NCBI GenBank assembly: GCA_044225365.1
Contig: JBGAIQ010000005.1
Coordinates: 21,287 to 85,286, forward strand
Reading direction: 5' to 3'
Length of the DNA stretch: 64,000 bases
Source of the DNA: Planctomycetota bacterium
Lineage (GTDB): Bacteria; Planctomycetota; B15-G4; JADJEK01
In this document: piece by piece, positions 10,014 to 19,273 of the stretch
Position numbering within the stretch: the stretch's first letter is position 1
How the letters are laid out: each line of letters opens with the position of its first letter
The notes under the pieces: generated by a model
What the model was told of the DNA's origin: nothing
What the model saw: the letters and a program-made list of their open reading frames with translations, nothing else
Databases searched by the model: none
Program-made: the position numbers and the translations under genes

Positions 10014-12227
10014 ATGCGATCCACGATCATGAAACGGGTTCCGAACCCGCGCGTCCTCGTCCTTTGTCTGCCGCTCGTGACGGGCTGCAATGGACCCGAA
10101 CGATCCGGCGTCGAGGAAGTCTTCAACTTCACGCCGCTCGCCTACTACGAAACGAGTACCTCTCCGCCCGGCTACTCCGTCGACGTGCTGTGGCCGCTCA
10201 TCAACGCGTATCGCTCGGGCGATGCGCGCGGCAGCCGGTTCTTCCCGATCTACTCCGAGGATTGCGTCGACGCGGACCACTCCGCGATGCGACTGTTCCT
10301 CCTCTACGGCAGATCGCAAGACGGCGCGACGCACAGCCATCAACTCTGGCCAATGTACTCGTACACCCAATCGGCGGAGGACAAGTGGAGCTCGATGGTC
10401 CTCTTGCTCGCGGGCTTCTCGCGGGACGGCAGCGAGCACAATCGTTTCTTCTTCCCGTTCTACTTCGATCGCTCGGCGAAGGATGAGAACTGGTTCACGC
10501 TCTGGCCGTTCTACGGCACATCGAGCCGGGAACTCGCGAGCGGCGCGCAACTACGCCACGATCACGTCGCCTGGCCGCTCTTCCGCTTCGAGAGCTCGAG
10601 CGACGACCAGACCTCGGGCCAGCATCTCCTCTCGCTGCACTTCCTCGCCGGCCTCTACGACGCGTACCGACAACCGATCGAGTCGCTGGATTCCGAGGGC
10701 CGATCGAAATCCGCGGGAAGTCGTTCGAGCAGCGTCATCGGCTGGATCCTGGGACCGGTATTCAGCCTCTTCCACGCCTACGACGATTCCGTCGAGCAGG
10801 TAAGCGGCTTCACGCTGCTCTCGCTCTTCAACAAGCGAGTCTCCCGCCATTTCGACATGGGCAGCGACAACGACTCGGATGAGAAGGTCGATCTCGCGCT
10901 CGTCTCGAGTCGCACGGAGATGCACGAGAACGGCGAGTATCACCACAGCCAGCTCTTCCCGATCTACAGCAACACCTCACAGCCGGGCGGCGCGACCGAG
11001 ACCTGGGTCATCACTCCGCTCTACCGACACGCCGCCGATCCGCAGTTGAACAAGAGCGAGCACGACGTGCTCTTCGGGCTCTGGCACTACGGCGTCGAGG
11101 GCGACGGCGCTACCCGCGCCACGAGCTGGCGCCTCCTGCCGCTCCTCTGGTTCACGACCCGCCCCGACTCCGAGACGTCGCTCGTCCTGCCGTTCTACTA
11201 CCACATCCAGGACAAGGACTCCGACTACCTCCACGTCATCCCGTTCTACGGGAAGAACACGGAGGCCGGCGGCAAGAAGACGACGACGTTCGTCCTCACC
11301 CCGCTCTACATCGGCACCCACGACGAACGCACCCGCCTCGAACAAACCGACGTCCTCTTCCCGCTCATCTCCTGGCAGCACTCGAACAACGGGTCACTGA
11401 GCCGATTCACGCCGCTGTGGTACTACGAAGAAGCCGGCGCCCGCACGCACTGGAACTCCTTGCTCCTCGTCGACCGCACGACGTCGGAGATCGAGAGCTC
11501 GACGCTCGTCTACCCGCTGTGGGAGGATCGCACGGTCCGCGGCGAAGGACGCCGCCGCTCCCTGTTTCCGATCTTCGACTTCGTCCGTCACCTGCAGGAC
11601 GACGCACCGAAGGGCGACGAGTTCGCGACGCTCTTCCCACTCGCGAGCTTCCGCACCGACGGCGAATCGAGCAACCGCTGGATCTTCCCGTTCTACTTCT
11701 GGAGCGACGACGCCGCGGGCCACAGCAACAAGATGATCTGGCCGTTCTTCGGCACGAAGCGCGACTCCGACCACGTGACGCGATCGGTGATCTGGCCCTT
11801 CTTCTTCTGGGGCAGCGATTCGACCGGTGATTGGTCCGAGACCGGAATCCTCTATCCACTGTTCGCCTCGTCGCACGATCGTCGCGACGCGACGACCCGC
11901 GATCACAGCCACCTCTTCCCCCTCTACTGGTCGACCTCGGGCGAGAACGAGACCGGACCGTGGAGCTTCGACTGGGTCCTGTGGCCGCTGTGGCAACACG
12001 AGCGCAAGGCGAACGGGGAGATCTGCGCGCACTCGCTGTTCAAACTCGGCGAATACGAACTCTCACCCGACGGCACGACGGAGGAGTTCTCGATCCTCCA
12101 CGCGGTCTACCGCTACCACCGCGAAGGCGACGACGTGCTGCGGAGCGTGCCGTTCTTGTTCCGTTACGAACGGGAGAAGGGCGAGAGCACGCTGTACCTG
12201 TTCCACTTCATTCCGATCGGGCTTTGA
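10014..12227 (+). CDS. Lipoprotein of unknown function built from about 25 short aromatic repeats ([LFIV][WF]P[LFI][YFW])
   Basis: 737 aa. The signal peptide plus lipobox is ...LVLCLPLVTGC. Examples of the repeat core are LWPLI, FFPIY, LWPMY, FPFYF, LWPFY, AWPLF, LFPIY, IPFYG, LFPLI, IWPFF and LWPLW, recurring about every 20-30 aa. Confidence 0.6.
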   Translation: MRSTIMKRVPNPRVLVLCLPLVTGCNGPERSGVEEVFNFTPLAYYETSTSPPGYSVDVLWPLINAYRSGDARGSRFFPIYSEDCVDADHSAMRLFLLYGRSQDGATHSHQLWPMYSYTQSAEDKWSSMVLLLAGFSRDGSEHNRFFFPFYFDRSAKDENWFTLWPFYGTSSRELASGAQLRHDHVAWPLFRFESSSDDQTSGQHLLSLHFLAGLYDAYRQPIESLDSEGRSKSAGSRSSSVIGWILGPVFSLFHAYDDSVEQVSGFTLLSLFNKRVSRHFDMGSDNDSDEKVDLALVSSRTEMHENGEYHHSQLFPIYSNTSQPGGATETWVITPLYRHAADPQLNKSEHDVLFGLWHYGVEGDGATRATSWRLLPLLWFTTRPDSETSLVLPFYYHIQDKDSDYLHVIPFYGKNTEAGGKKTTTFVLTPLYIGTHDERTRLEQTDVLFPLISWQHSNNGSLSRFTPLWYYEEAGARTHWNSLLLVDRTTSEIESSTLVYPLWEDRTVRGEGRRRSLFPIFDFVRHLQDDAPKGDEFATLFPLASFRTDGESSNRWIFPFYFWSDDAAGHSNKMIWPFFGTKRDSDHVTRSVIWPFFFWGSDSTGDWSETGILYPLFASSHDRRDATTRDHSHLFPLYWSTSGENETGPWSFDWVLWPLWQHERKANGEICAHSLFKLGEYELSPDGTTEEFSILHAVYRYHREGDDVLRSVPFLFRYEREKGESTLYLFHFIPIGL

Positions 12228-12250
12228 GCGAGGCGAACGCGGGAGAAGAG

Positions 12251-12512
12251 CGTACGTCGGTCTCGGGCGCGGTCTCGTACATCGGGCTCGTACATCGGTC
12301 TCGGGCGCGGTCTCGGTCTCGGGCTCGGTCTCGGTCTCGGTCTCGTACGTCGTACATCGGTCTCGGTCTCGGTCTCGTACGTCGGTCTCGGTCTCGTACG
12401 TCGTACATCGGTCTCGGTCTCGCACGTCGTGCTCGTACATCGGTCTCGGTCTCGTACGTCGGGCTCGGGCGCGGACGTCGAACGTGGTTCGACGTACATC
12501 GGACTTGGGCGC
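12251..12512. repeat. Hexanucleotide tandem array of about 260 bp (units GGTCTC, GGGCTC/GGGCGC, GTACGT, GTACAT), strictly 6-nt periodic
   Basis: Read directly: ...cgtacgtcggtctcgggcgcggtctcgtacatcgggctcgtacatcggtctcgg... The array fills the convergent gap between the lipoprotein stop (12227) and the VOC gene stop (12514). Confidence 0.8.
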
Positions 12513-12513
12513 G

Positions 12514-12900
12514 TCACTGGCCCGCTGGGGGTTGCCACAATTCGAGCTTGTTGCCGTCGGGATCGGTGACCCAGCCGAATTTGCCATACTCGGATTCTTC
12601 GACCTTGTCCGCGACGTCGCAACCTTCGGCGCGGAGTGCGGCCAAGACGGCGTGGAGATCCTCGACGCGGTAGTTGATCATGAAGCTCGCTTCACTCGGC
12701 GCGAAGTACTTCGTGTCGTGCGGGAACGGGCTCCACACCGTCGTCCCCGTTCCCGTCGGGTTCTCCGGCCCGGCCCACTTGAACGCGACGCCACCCCACG
12801 CCTCGACGTTCATTCCGAGGTGAACGCGGTACCACTCCCCGAGCGCCTTCGGATCCTTGGACTTGAAGAACACGCCACCGATCCCAACGACACGCTTCAT
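12514..12900 (-). CDS. VOC family protein (glyoxalase/bleomycin-resistance/dioxygenase fold)
   Basis: 128 aa with an ATG start. The N-terminus MKRVVGIGGVFFKSKDPKALGEWY and the C-terminal ...GWVTDPDGNKLELWQP are typical of small VOC proteins. Confidence 0.7.
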   Translation of the reverse strand: MKRVVGIGGVFFKSKDPKALGEWYRVHLGMNVEAWGGVAFKWAGPENPTGTGTTVWSPFPHDTKYFAPSEASFMINYRVEDLHAVLAALRAEGCDVADKVEESEYGKFGWVTDPDGNKLELWQPPAGQ

Positions 12901-12982
12901 CTCGAATTCCTACACGAAGTGAACCTGCGCTCGAATCCTACACGACCGCCACGTCCTCGACCGTCCCAGGCGAAGCGAAGAG

Positions 12983-13390
12983 TCAGCGATCGCTCGCAGT
13001 ACGCCTCAGCAACAAACGCGTGCGGGGTGTCGCCACTTCGTCGAAGTAGAACGCGAGCGCGCCTGGCAAACAGCACACGATGGACGCGAACGAGTGACGC
13101 TCGCATTCGTCGATCGCGTCTTCGAGCGGAAGGTCGCGACCATCCAGCAAGGGCGAATCGGACATGATGTGAACCTGGGCCGGTGCTCCCGCGCTTCGTA
13201 GCACGTCCAACGCTTCGTTGGACGATCTCGCGGGATGTACGAATCGAACATCCCAATCGACGAAATGGTTGAGAACGGACCTCGCGCGATCACGTCCCCT
13301 CGCATTCCCAAACAGTGCGATCAACCGTTCGCGCTTCTTCTTCTCGACGAAGGCTCGCAGCGTCGCTGCTTCGGCTGGATGAATGGCCAT
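12983..13390 (-). CDS. Hypothetical protein
   Basis: 135 aa with an ATG start. I recognise no motif. It is in the same orientation as the VOC gene and 83 nt upstream of it. Confidence 0.45.
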   Translation of the reverse strand: MAIHPAEAATLRAFVEKKKRERLIALFGNARGRDRARSVLNHFVDWDVRFVHPARSSNEALDVLRSAGAPAQVHIMSDSPLLDGRDLPLEDAIDECERHSFASIVCCLPGALAFYFDEVATPRTRLLLRRTASDR

Positions 13391-13399
13391 CTTCTCTCA

Positions 13400-13492
13400 C
13401 ACGTCCGACGTACGACTACGAGTCCCACGTACGAGACCGATCTAATAGACCGGGACTCACGTACGAAACCGAGTCCGAGTCCGACGTACGCC
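13400..13492. repeat. Degenerate inverted copy of the hexanucleotide array (units GAGACC, GAGTCC, ACGTAC, which are reverse complements of GGTCTC, GGACTC, GTACGT)
   Basis: Read directly: acgtccgacgtacgactacgagtcccacgtacgagaccgatct...gtacgaaaccgagtccgagtccgacgtacg. It lies immediately upstream of the hypothetical gene's start. Confidence 0.6.
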
Positions 13493-13506
13493 CCTCTCCC
13501 GTCCTG

Positions 13507-14934
13507 TCAGACCCCTCGGATCCACTCCGTCACCAAATCCATCACGCTCTCCTCCATGGTGGTCTCGATGACGGCGTATTCGCTCGGTGCCCCCGTCGTC
13601 GACTTTTGGAACAGGTGATTCAGATCCGGCAGTATCCTCGCAGTGGTGTGCGTGTTGCCGCCCTTCCTCAGAGCGGCTTCGATCGCGGGGATGTTCATGG
13701 TCGCGGGGACCTGAAGATCCTTCGCGCCGTTGAGTGCCAGGACGGGGCATTTCACTTGGACGAGGTATTCTTGCGGATCGATCGCGAAGAAAGCCTTGAA
13801 CCAAGGTGAGTTGATCTCGCGGGCGGTCTGCGCGGCGTCCTCGTAGATCCACTTCTCGCCGGGCGGGCTCTTCTCGAGGCCGCGCTTCAATAGTTCGTCG
13901 AGCTTCGCGCCGAGTTCGGGACCGACGGGAACGGAAATGGCGAGGTCGATCATGGCGGCGCTGAGCTTCGCTTCGATCTCCACCTGGTCCTTCGGCTTGC
14001 CGTTCGCGAGGGAGATGAGGCGACCCTGTTCGATCGAGATCTCGCGCCCGGACACGCCGGTGCCCGCGAGCAGGACGATGAATCCGACGTCCGCGCTCTT
14101 CGTCGCACAGATCGGCGCGATGAGACCACCCTCGCTGTGACCGATGAGGCCGATGCGCTTCGTGTCGATCTCGGGCCGCGACTTCAGGAACGCGACGCCC
14201 CCGAGTGCGTCGTCCGCGAAATCGAAGCTGGTCGAGGATTCGAATCGCCCCGTCGAGCCGCCGATCCCGCGATCGTCGGCGCGCAGCACGGCGATGCCGT
14301 GACGCGCGAGATGATCCGCGAGGACGAGGAAAGGTTTGTGCCCGAGCAGGCTCTCGTCGCGGTCCTGTTGACCCGAGCCCGTGATGAGGACGACCGCCGG
14401 GAAGGGCGGCTTCATGCCTTCGCCGTTCGGAATGAAGAGCGTGCCACCGAGGGAGATCGAGTCGTTCAGACTGTCGTAGTCGACGTCCTCGCTCTGATAC
14501 GGGAACGGCGGCTTCGGAGTCTGCGGGCGCGCGAGGTCGGCCAGTCGCTCCGTTCGCTTCAGCTCAAGAGGTACGGCGGCGCCACCCTGCTTGAACTCAC
14601 CCGCGATCTTCGATCCCGCACCGTCGAGCTGACCGGAATACTCGATGCCGAACTTGCGCACGACGAAGCGCACGCTCGCGGCGTCGCACGTCGTCTCGTC
14701 GACCGGAATCGCCTTCAGTCCCTGATCGATGCTGTCCATCGTCGACTGTAACGCACCGTTCGTCCCGCGCGTGACGAGGAAGCCGATGCGAAGCGTCATC
14801 GACTGTACCGTGATGCGCCCTTCCCAGGCTCCGACGATCTCCGCGCGTCGAAGGGCAAGGCCCGATGCATCCCGTAGCAGCACCGATGCGAACAGAGCGA
14901 CCAGAAGAGCGACGTGGGAGCGAACGGTATGCAT
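13507..14934 (-). CDS. Secreted alpha/beta hydrolase (serine hydrolase; S9 / X-Pro dipeptidyl-peptidase-like)
   Basis: Starts at an internal ATG of track ORF 13507..14979, giving the signal peptide MHTVRSHVALLVALFASVLL. The nucleophile elbow GHSEGG is present, together with the usual downstream Asp and His regions. Confidence 0.7.
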   Translation of the reverse strand: MHTVRSHVALLVALFASVLLRDASGLALRRAEIVGAWEGRITVQSMTLRIGFLVTRGTNGALQSTMDSIDQGLKAIPVDETTCDAASVRFVVRKFGIEYSGQLDGAGSKIAGEFKQGGAAVPLELKRTERLADLARPQTPKPPFPYQSEDVDYDSLNDSISLGGTLFIPNGEGMKPPFPAVVLITGSGQQDRDESLLGHKPFLVLADHLARHGIAVLRADDRGIGGSTGRFESSTSFDFADDALGGVAFLKSRPEIDTKRIGLIGHSEGGLIAPICATKSADVGFIVLLAGTGVSGREISIEQGRLISLANGKPKDQVEIEAKLSAAMIDLAISVPVGPELGAKLDELLKRGLEKSPPGEKWIYEDAAQTAREINSPWFKAFFAIDPQEYLVQVKCPVLALNGAKDLQVPATMNIPAIEAALRKGGNTHTTARILPDLNHLFQKSTTGAPSEYAVIETTMEESVMDLVTEWIRGV

Positions 14935-15088
14935 GGAGAGTTCCGCTTCGATTCGTCTTTCGTTCCCCGGGGTCGTCACCGCGCCGACTGCGCAGCCTCC
15001 CGAGTGCTGGGGGGAACGCCAGCATCCTTCTCGGAGTTCCCGGATTCAACCCCTCGCAACCGCACCCTCCATCCGTTGAAATGACCCC

Positions 15089-18000
15089 ATGGCGCCAGCG
15101 ATCCATACTGCGCATCCATTCTTCGACAGCCTGATGCGTCGGCCGGTTTCGGCCTTCATGTCGCTCTGCCTCATCTTCCTGCTCGGCTTCGTCGCCTATC
15201 GGCGCATTCCGCTCACGCTGATGCCGTCGGGACTCTCCGACCCGACGATGCAGATCGAGATTCCGTACTCGAACGCCTCGCCCGAGGAGGTCTACGAGCA
15301 CGTGACGAAACCGATCGAGGACGCGGTCCGCCAGCTCTCGGGAATCGAACACGTCGAGTCGACCTCCAGCGCCGGTCGCGGACGTGTGAGCGTCTCGTTC
15401 CACGGCGACGTCGACCTCGACGCCGCGTACGCCGACTTGAAGGATCGCCTCGAACGCGTCCGCGCCACGCTGCCCGAGGGCTCCGACAAGCCCGTGATCT
15501 TTCGCTGGAACAGCGACGTTGCACTCCCGATCTTCTGGATCGGCGTCCAATTCGAACCCTCGCTCGAGGATCCATACCACCTCGTCGAGGAGGTTCTGCA
15601 GAAGCGAATCGAATCCGTCGATGGCGTCGCGCAGGTCGGTCTCGAGGGTATGGTGCAGGACACCGTGCGGGTCTTCGTCGCGCCCGACAAGCTGCGAGCG
15701 CACGGCATCACGCTCTACGAAGTCGTCGACAAACTGCGCCGCGACAACTTCGTGTTGCCTTCGGGACACATCGACGACGCCGGCCGCCAGTTCCTCCTGC
15801 GGGTCGACACCACGTACTCCGATCTCGAGGAGGTCCGCAACTACCCGCTCAAGCCCGGTCTCTACGTGAAGGACGTCGCCGACGTCCGCTTCGCCCGGGC
15901 GTACCGCGACACGGTGAGCCGCGTCAATGGCAAGCGCGCGCTCACGATGACGATCAGCAAGGAGTCCGACAAGAACACCGTCGCCGTGTGTGCGGCGGTA
16001 CGCAGCATGCTCGACGAGCTGCGGCACGACGATCGACTCAAAGGCTTCGAGTACTCGATCTACTTCGACCAATCGAAGCTGATCGTCGGAGCGCTCGACG
16101 ACCTCAAGTCGTCGCTCCTGTTCGGAGCCTTCTTCTCCGTGCTCGTGCTCTTCGTCTTCGTGCGTCGCGTCGGCATCACCGCGCTCGTCTCGCTCGCGAT
16201 CCCGATCTCGCTGCTCTCCGCGGTCATCGGGCTCTACTTCACGGGCTTCACGCTCAACATCGTGTCGCTCGCCGGCATCACGCTCGCCACCGGCATGCTG
16301 GTCGACGATTCGATCGTGGTCACGGAGAACGTGTTGCGCCTGCGCGCCGAGGGCCGCAACCCGCTCCATGCCGCGGCGGTCGGCACGGGCCAGGTCGCGA
16401 TCGCGATCATCCTGTCGACCCTGACGTCGATCGTCGTCTTCGCGCCCCTCGTCTTCATGTCGGGCGGCAAGTCGACTCGCGCGCTGCTCGCCGAACTCGG
16501 CGCCCCCATCACCTACTCGCTTCTCGCTTCGCTCTTCGTCGCGCTCTTCCTCCTGCCCATCACGATCGTGATGTTCTCGCGCTTCGAGAAGAAGACCGAG
16601 AACGTGTTCGACCTGCCGACCGACACCCGATTCCATCGGGCGTACCGGCGCGTCCTGGCGCTCGCCGTCAAGAACCGCTTCGTCACCGCCGCCGCGATCC
16701 TCGCCATGCTCCAGCTCGGGGCCGTGGCGTTCAAGCACGTCGACATGAACTTCGAGGATCGCAAGGAGGGCGGCGGGCGCCTGCGCATCACGATCGATCT
16801 CCCGGATCGCTACACGATCGAAGAAGCCTCCGACACCTTCGCCGAGTACGAGAAGTTCCTCGTCGCGCGCCGCAAGGAGGACAAGGTCCGCGACGTGAGC
16901 TCGCGATTCACGCGCCAGGAAGGGCGACTGCTGCTCTGGTTCGAGGACGGCGCTCCGAAGGGCTGGGAGAAGACTCTGTCGAAGACGCTGGCCGAGGTCA
17001 TGCCGAAGGTCCCCGGAGTTCGACTCTCCTACGGCTTCGAACAGGGCGGCGAGCAGGGCAGCATGAGGATCGAGCTGCAAGGTCGCGACAGCGTCACGCT
17101 CGGCCGTCTGTCGCGAGACGTCATCCGCGAACTCGAAAAGCTCCCTGAACTCTCGGACGTGAAGACCGACACCGCCGATGGCCTCGACGAACTCCACGTG
17201 GCGTTCGACCGCGAGGAGACGCTGCGCTACGGGGTCACCCAGGAAGTGCTGCTCGGCCTCATCTCGTGGGGTATCGGCAGCCAGCAGCTCTCGCCGTTCA
17301 AGACGGCGACCCGTGAGATCCCGATGCTCGTCGAGTACGAAGATCCCGACGTCGGAGATCTCTCGTACCTGAAATCGCTCGAGGTGCCCGTCGGCGCGGG
17401 TGGCAACGTCACGCTGGGATCCCTCGGTCATTTCGAGATCGAGAAGAACTACGGCTCGATCCGCCGCCGCGACGGGATCGTGAATCTGCCGATCAGCGCC
17501 CAGAGCTACGACTCGAACGGGTATCGCGTGAATCGACGAGTCGCCGAAGTGCTCGACGCGTTCCCGTTTCCCGAGGGCTACACCTGGACGAATCGAGGAA
17601 AGCAGCAGGATTTCGAAGAGAGCAAGTCGGAGATCTCGCTCGCGTTCCTCGTGGGCGTCGTGTTCGTGTTCCTGCTCATGGGAATGCTGTTCGAGTCGTT
17701 CATCCTGCCCTTCGCCGTGATGCTGACGATTCCGCTCGCCGTCGTCGGCGGCGCCTTCGCGCTCGTACTCACCAAGACTCCGCTCGACGTCACGGGCATG
17801 CTCGCATTCGTGCTGCTCGCCGGAATCGTCGCGAAGAACGGGATCGTGCTCGTCGATCGAATCCAGCAGCTTCGGCACGCAGGAATCGCGCGATTCGATG
17901 CCGTGCTCGACGGCTGCTGCGAGCGACTGCGCCCTGTCATCATGACCGCGCTCACGACGATCTTCGGCCTGCTTCCGATGGCGATGCCCGAGCTGTTCGC

Positions 18001-18217
18001 AGCGACATCGGGTGCGGGAGGGATCGACTACCGCGGGCTCGCGATCGTCACGCTGGGCGGGATGATCCTCTCCACCGCGCTCACCCTGCTCGTGGTTCCG
18101 ATGTTCTACACCGTGTTCGACGACTTCTGGATCCTGATCGTCTCGATGTTCAAGAAGCCGACCGCAACCGAGGATGCCGCTCTCGTCGAGCGCGAGACGA
18201 CGGAAGGCACACCATGA
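15089..18217 (+). CDS. RND efflux transporter permease (AcrB/HAE-type, 12 TM helices, about 1040 aa)
   Basis: 1042 aa with an ATG start. The N-terminus ...FFDSLMRRPVSAFMSLCLIFLLGFVAYRRIPLTLMPS aligns with the AcrB TM1 region. Two large periplasmic loops and two hydrophobic six-helix bundles are evident. No membrane-fusion-protein gene is adjacent. Confidence 0.85.
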   Translation: MAPAIHTAHPFFDSLMRRPVSAFMSLCLIFLLGFVAYRRIPLTLMPSGLSDPTMQIEIPYSNASPEEVYEHVTKPIEDAVRQLSGIEHVESTSSAGRGRVSVSFHGDVDLDAAYADLKDRLERVRATLPEGSDKPVIFRWNSDVALPIFWIGVQFEPSLEDPYHLVEEVLQKRIESVDGVAQVGLEGMVQDTVRVFVAPDKLRAHGITLYEVVDKLRRDNFVLPSGHIDDAGRQFLLRVDTTYSDLEEVRNYPLKPGLYVKDVADVRFARAYRDTVSRVNGKRALTMTISKESDKNTVAVCAAVRSMLDELRHDDRLKGFEYSIYFDQSKLIVGALDDLKSSLLFGAFFSVLVLFVFVRRVGITALVSLAIPISLLSAVIGLYFTGFTLNIVSLAGITLATGMLVDDSIVVTENVLRLRAEGRNPLHAAAVGTGQVAIAIILSTLTSIVVFAPLVFMSGGKSTRALLAELGAPITYSLLASLFVALFLLPITIVMFSRFEKKTENVFDLPTDTRFHRAYRRVLALAVKNRFVTAAAILAMLQLGAVAFKHVDMNFEDRKEGGGRLRITIDLPDRYTIEEASDTFAEYEKFLVARRKEDKVRDVSSRFTRQEGRLLLWFEDGAPKGWEKTLSKTLAEVMPKVPGVRLSYGFEQGGEQGSMRIELQGRDSVTLGRLSRDVIRELEKLPELSDVKTDTADGLDELHVAFDREETLRYGVTQEVLLGLISWGIGSQQLSPFKTATREIPMLVEYEDPDVGDLSYLKSLEVPVGAGGNVTLGSLGHFEIEKNYGSIRRRDGIVNLPISAQSYDSNGYRVNRRVAEVLDAFPFPEGYTWTNRGKQQDFEESKSEISLAFLVGVVFVFLLMGMLFESFILPFAVMLTIPLAVVGGAFALVLTKTPLDVTGMLAFVLLAGIVAKNGIVLVDRIQQLRHAGIARFDAVLDGCCERLRPVIMTALTTIFGLLPMAMPELFAATSGAGGIDYRGLAIVTLGGMILSTALTLLVVPMFYTVFDDFWILIVSMFKKPTATEDAALVERETTEGTP

Positions 18218-19266
18218 CTCGACGATTCACGAGAGCCCCTTGGATCGTCGCGCTCCTCGCGTCCGCGTTCGCCTGCTCGCGCGACGACGGACGCACGCCC
18301 CTCGTCGTCTACTCGCCGCACGGCGAGGACATCCTGCGCGAGTTCGAGAAGATGTTCGAGGCTGCGCATCCCGACGTCGACGTCCGCGCGCTGAACCAGC
18401 CCGCGCAGTCGTGCTTCACCCGGATCCGCGGCGAGCGCGAGAATCCGAGTTGCGACGTCTGGTGGGGTGCGCCCGCGACGACCTTCGCACGCGCGGCCGA
18501 CGAGGACCTCCTCGAGAGCTACGAACCGTCGTTCGCCGCCGCGATCCCGGAGGATTCGCGCGATTCGAAGTGGCGCTACAGCGGTCAATTCGTGATCCCG
18601 CAGGTGATCCTGTACAACAAGGACCGCCTGAAGCCGGAGCAGGTCCCAACGCACTGGGACGACCTCGCGGCCCCTGGATGGCACGGCCGGATCATCCTAC
18701 GCGCACCGATGGACTCGGGCGGGATGCGGACGTCCTTCTCCTGGTTCATCACCTGGAAGTCCGGTCCCGCGACGGCTTCGTTCGAGCCCGGCTTCGACTT
18801 CCTGTCGAAGATCAGCCGGAACACGAAGAAGCTGACCGCCAATCCGCAGGAACTCTTCGAAGCGGTGACCAAGGACCCCGACGACGTCGTGTCGATCTGG
18901 AACATCACCGACGCGATCTTCCAGCGCGACCACTATCACTATCCGTTCGGCTTCTCGATCCCGAGCGAGGGCGTCCCGCTCGTGATCGACGCGATCGCTC
19001 TCGTGAAGAACCCCGGCCGCGATGCGAAACGCGAGGCCGCGGCGCGAGCCTTCTACGAGTTCGTGAACACTCTCGAGAGCAGCGAGTACCTCGCGAAGAA
19101 TCACGGGCGACTGCCGGTGCGCAAGGACTTCGACGAACAGAAGCGCCCGATCGATCTACGGGGTCTGACGTTCAAGGCGCTCCCGATCGATCGCCAGGTC
19201 GCTGCTTCGCACGAAGACGAATGGATGCGCCGTTGGGACGAGCAGATCAAGTCGCTCGCGAAGTGA
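18214..19266 (+). CDS. ABC transporter periplasmic substrate-binding protein (family 1, Fe3+/thiamine/polyamine type)
   Basis: 350 aa. The ATG overlaps the RND stop (ATGA). The signal/lipoprotein-like N-terminus is WIVALLASAFAC. Size and composition fit the AfuA/FbpA/TbpA class. Confidence 0.7.
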   Translation: MTRRFTRAPWIVALLASAFACSRDDGRTPLVVYSPHGEDILREFEKMFEAAHPDVDVRALNQPAQSCFTRIRGERENPSCDVWWGAPATTFARAADEDLLESYEPSFAAAIPEDSRDSKWRYSGQFVIPQVILYNKDRLKPEQVPTHWDDLAAPGWHGRIILRAPMDSGGMRTSFSWFITWKSGPATASFEPGFDFLSKISRNTKKLTANPQELFEAVTKDPDDVVSIWNITDAIFQRDHYHYPFGFSIPSEGVPLVIDAIALVKNPGRDAKREAAARAFYEFVNTLESSEYLAKNHGRLPVRKDFDEQKRPIDLRGLTFKALPIDRQVAASHEDEWMRRWDEQIKSLAK

Positions 19267-19273
19267 TCGATCG

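Noticed and set aside
12251-12512. CRISPR array interpretation of the tandem repeat region.
   Set aside because: The units are 6 nt with no spacers of unique sequence. No cas genes are present in the window.
11831-12673. ORFs reading through the hexanucleotide array (SR/GL/ET dipeptide-repeat products).
   Set aside because: The array lies between two stop codons of convergent genes. The predicted products are pure dipeptide repeats continuous with out-of-frame gene sequence, so this is not a credible protein.
14597-17878. Very long antisense ORFs opposite real genes. Examples are 1093 aa opposite the RND pump, 19247..21886 opposite the ABC permeases, 22909..25461 opposite the cytochrome, 31546..33987 opposite the ECF/Kelch genes, 6017..7780 opposite Kelch, and 4152..6128 opposite the aminotransferase.
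   Set aside because: Their translations are Arg/Ala/Gly-rich low-complexity strings with no motifs. Their existence is the expected consequence of stop-codon depletion on the antisense strand of 68% GC coding DNA. The sense-strand proteins have clear family signatures.
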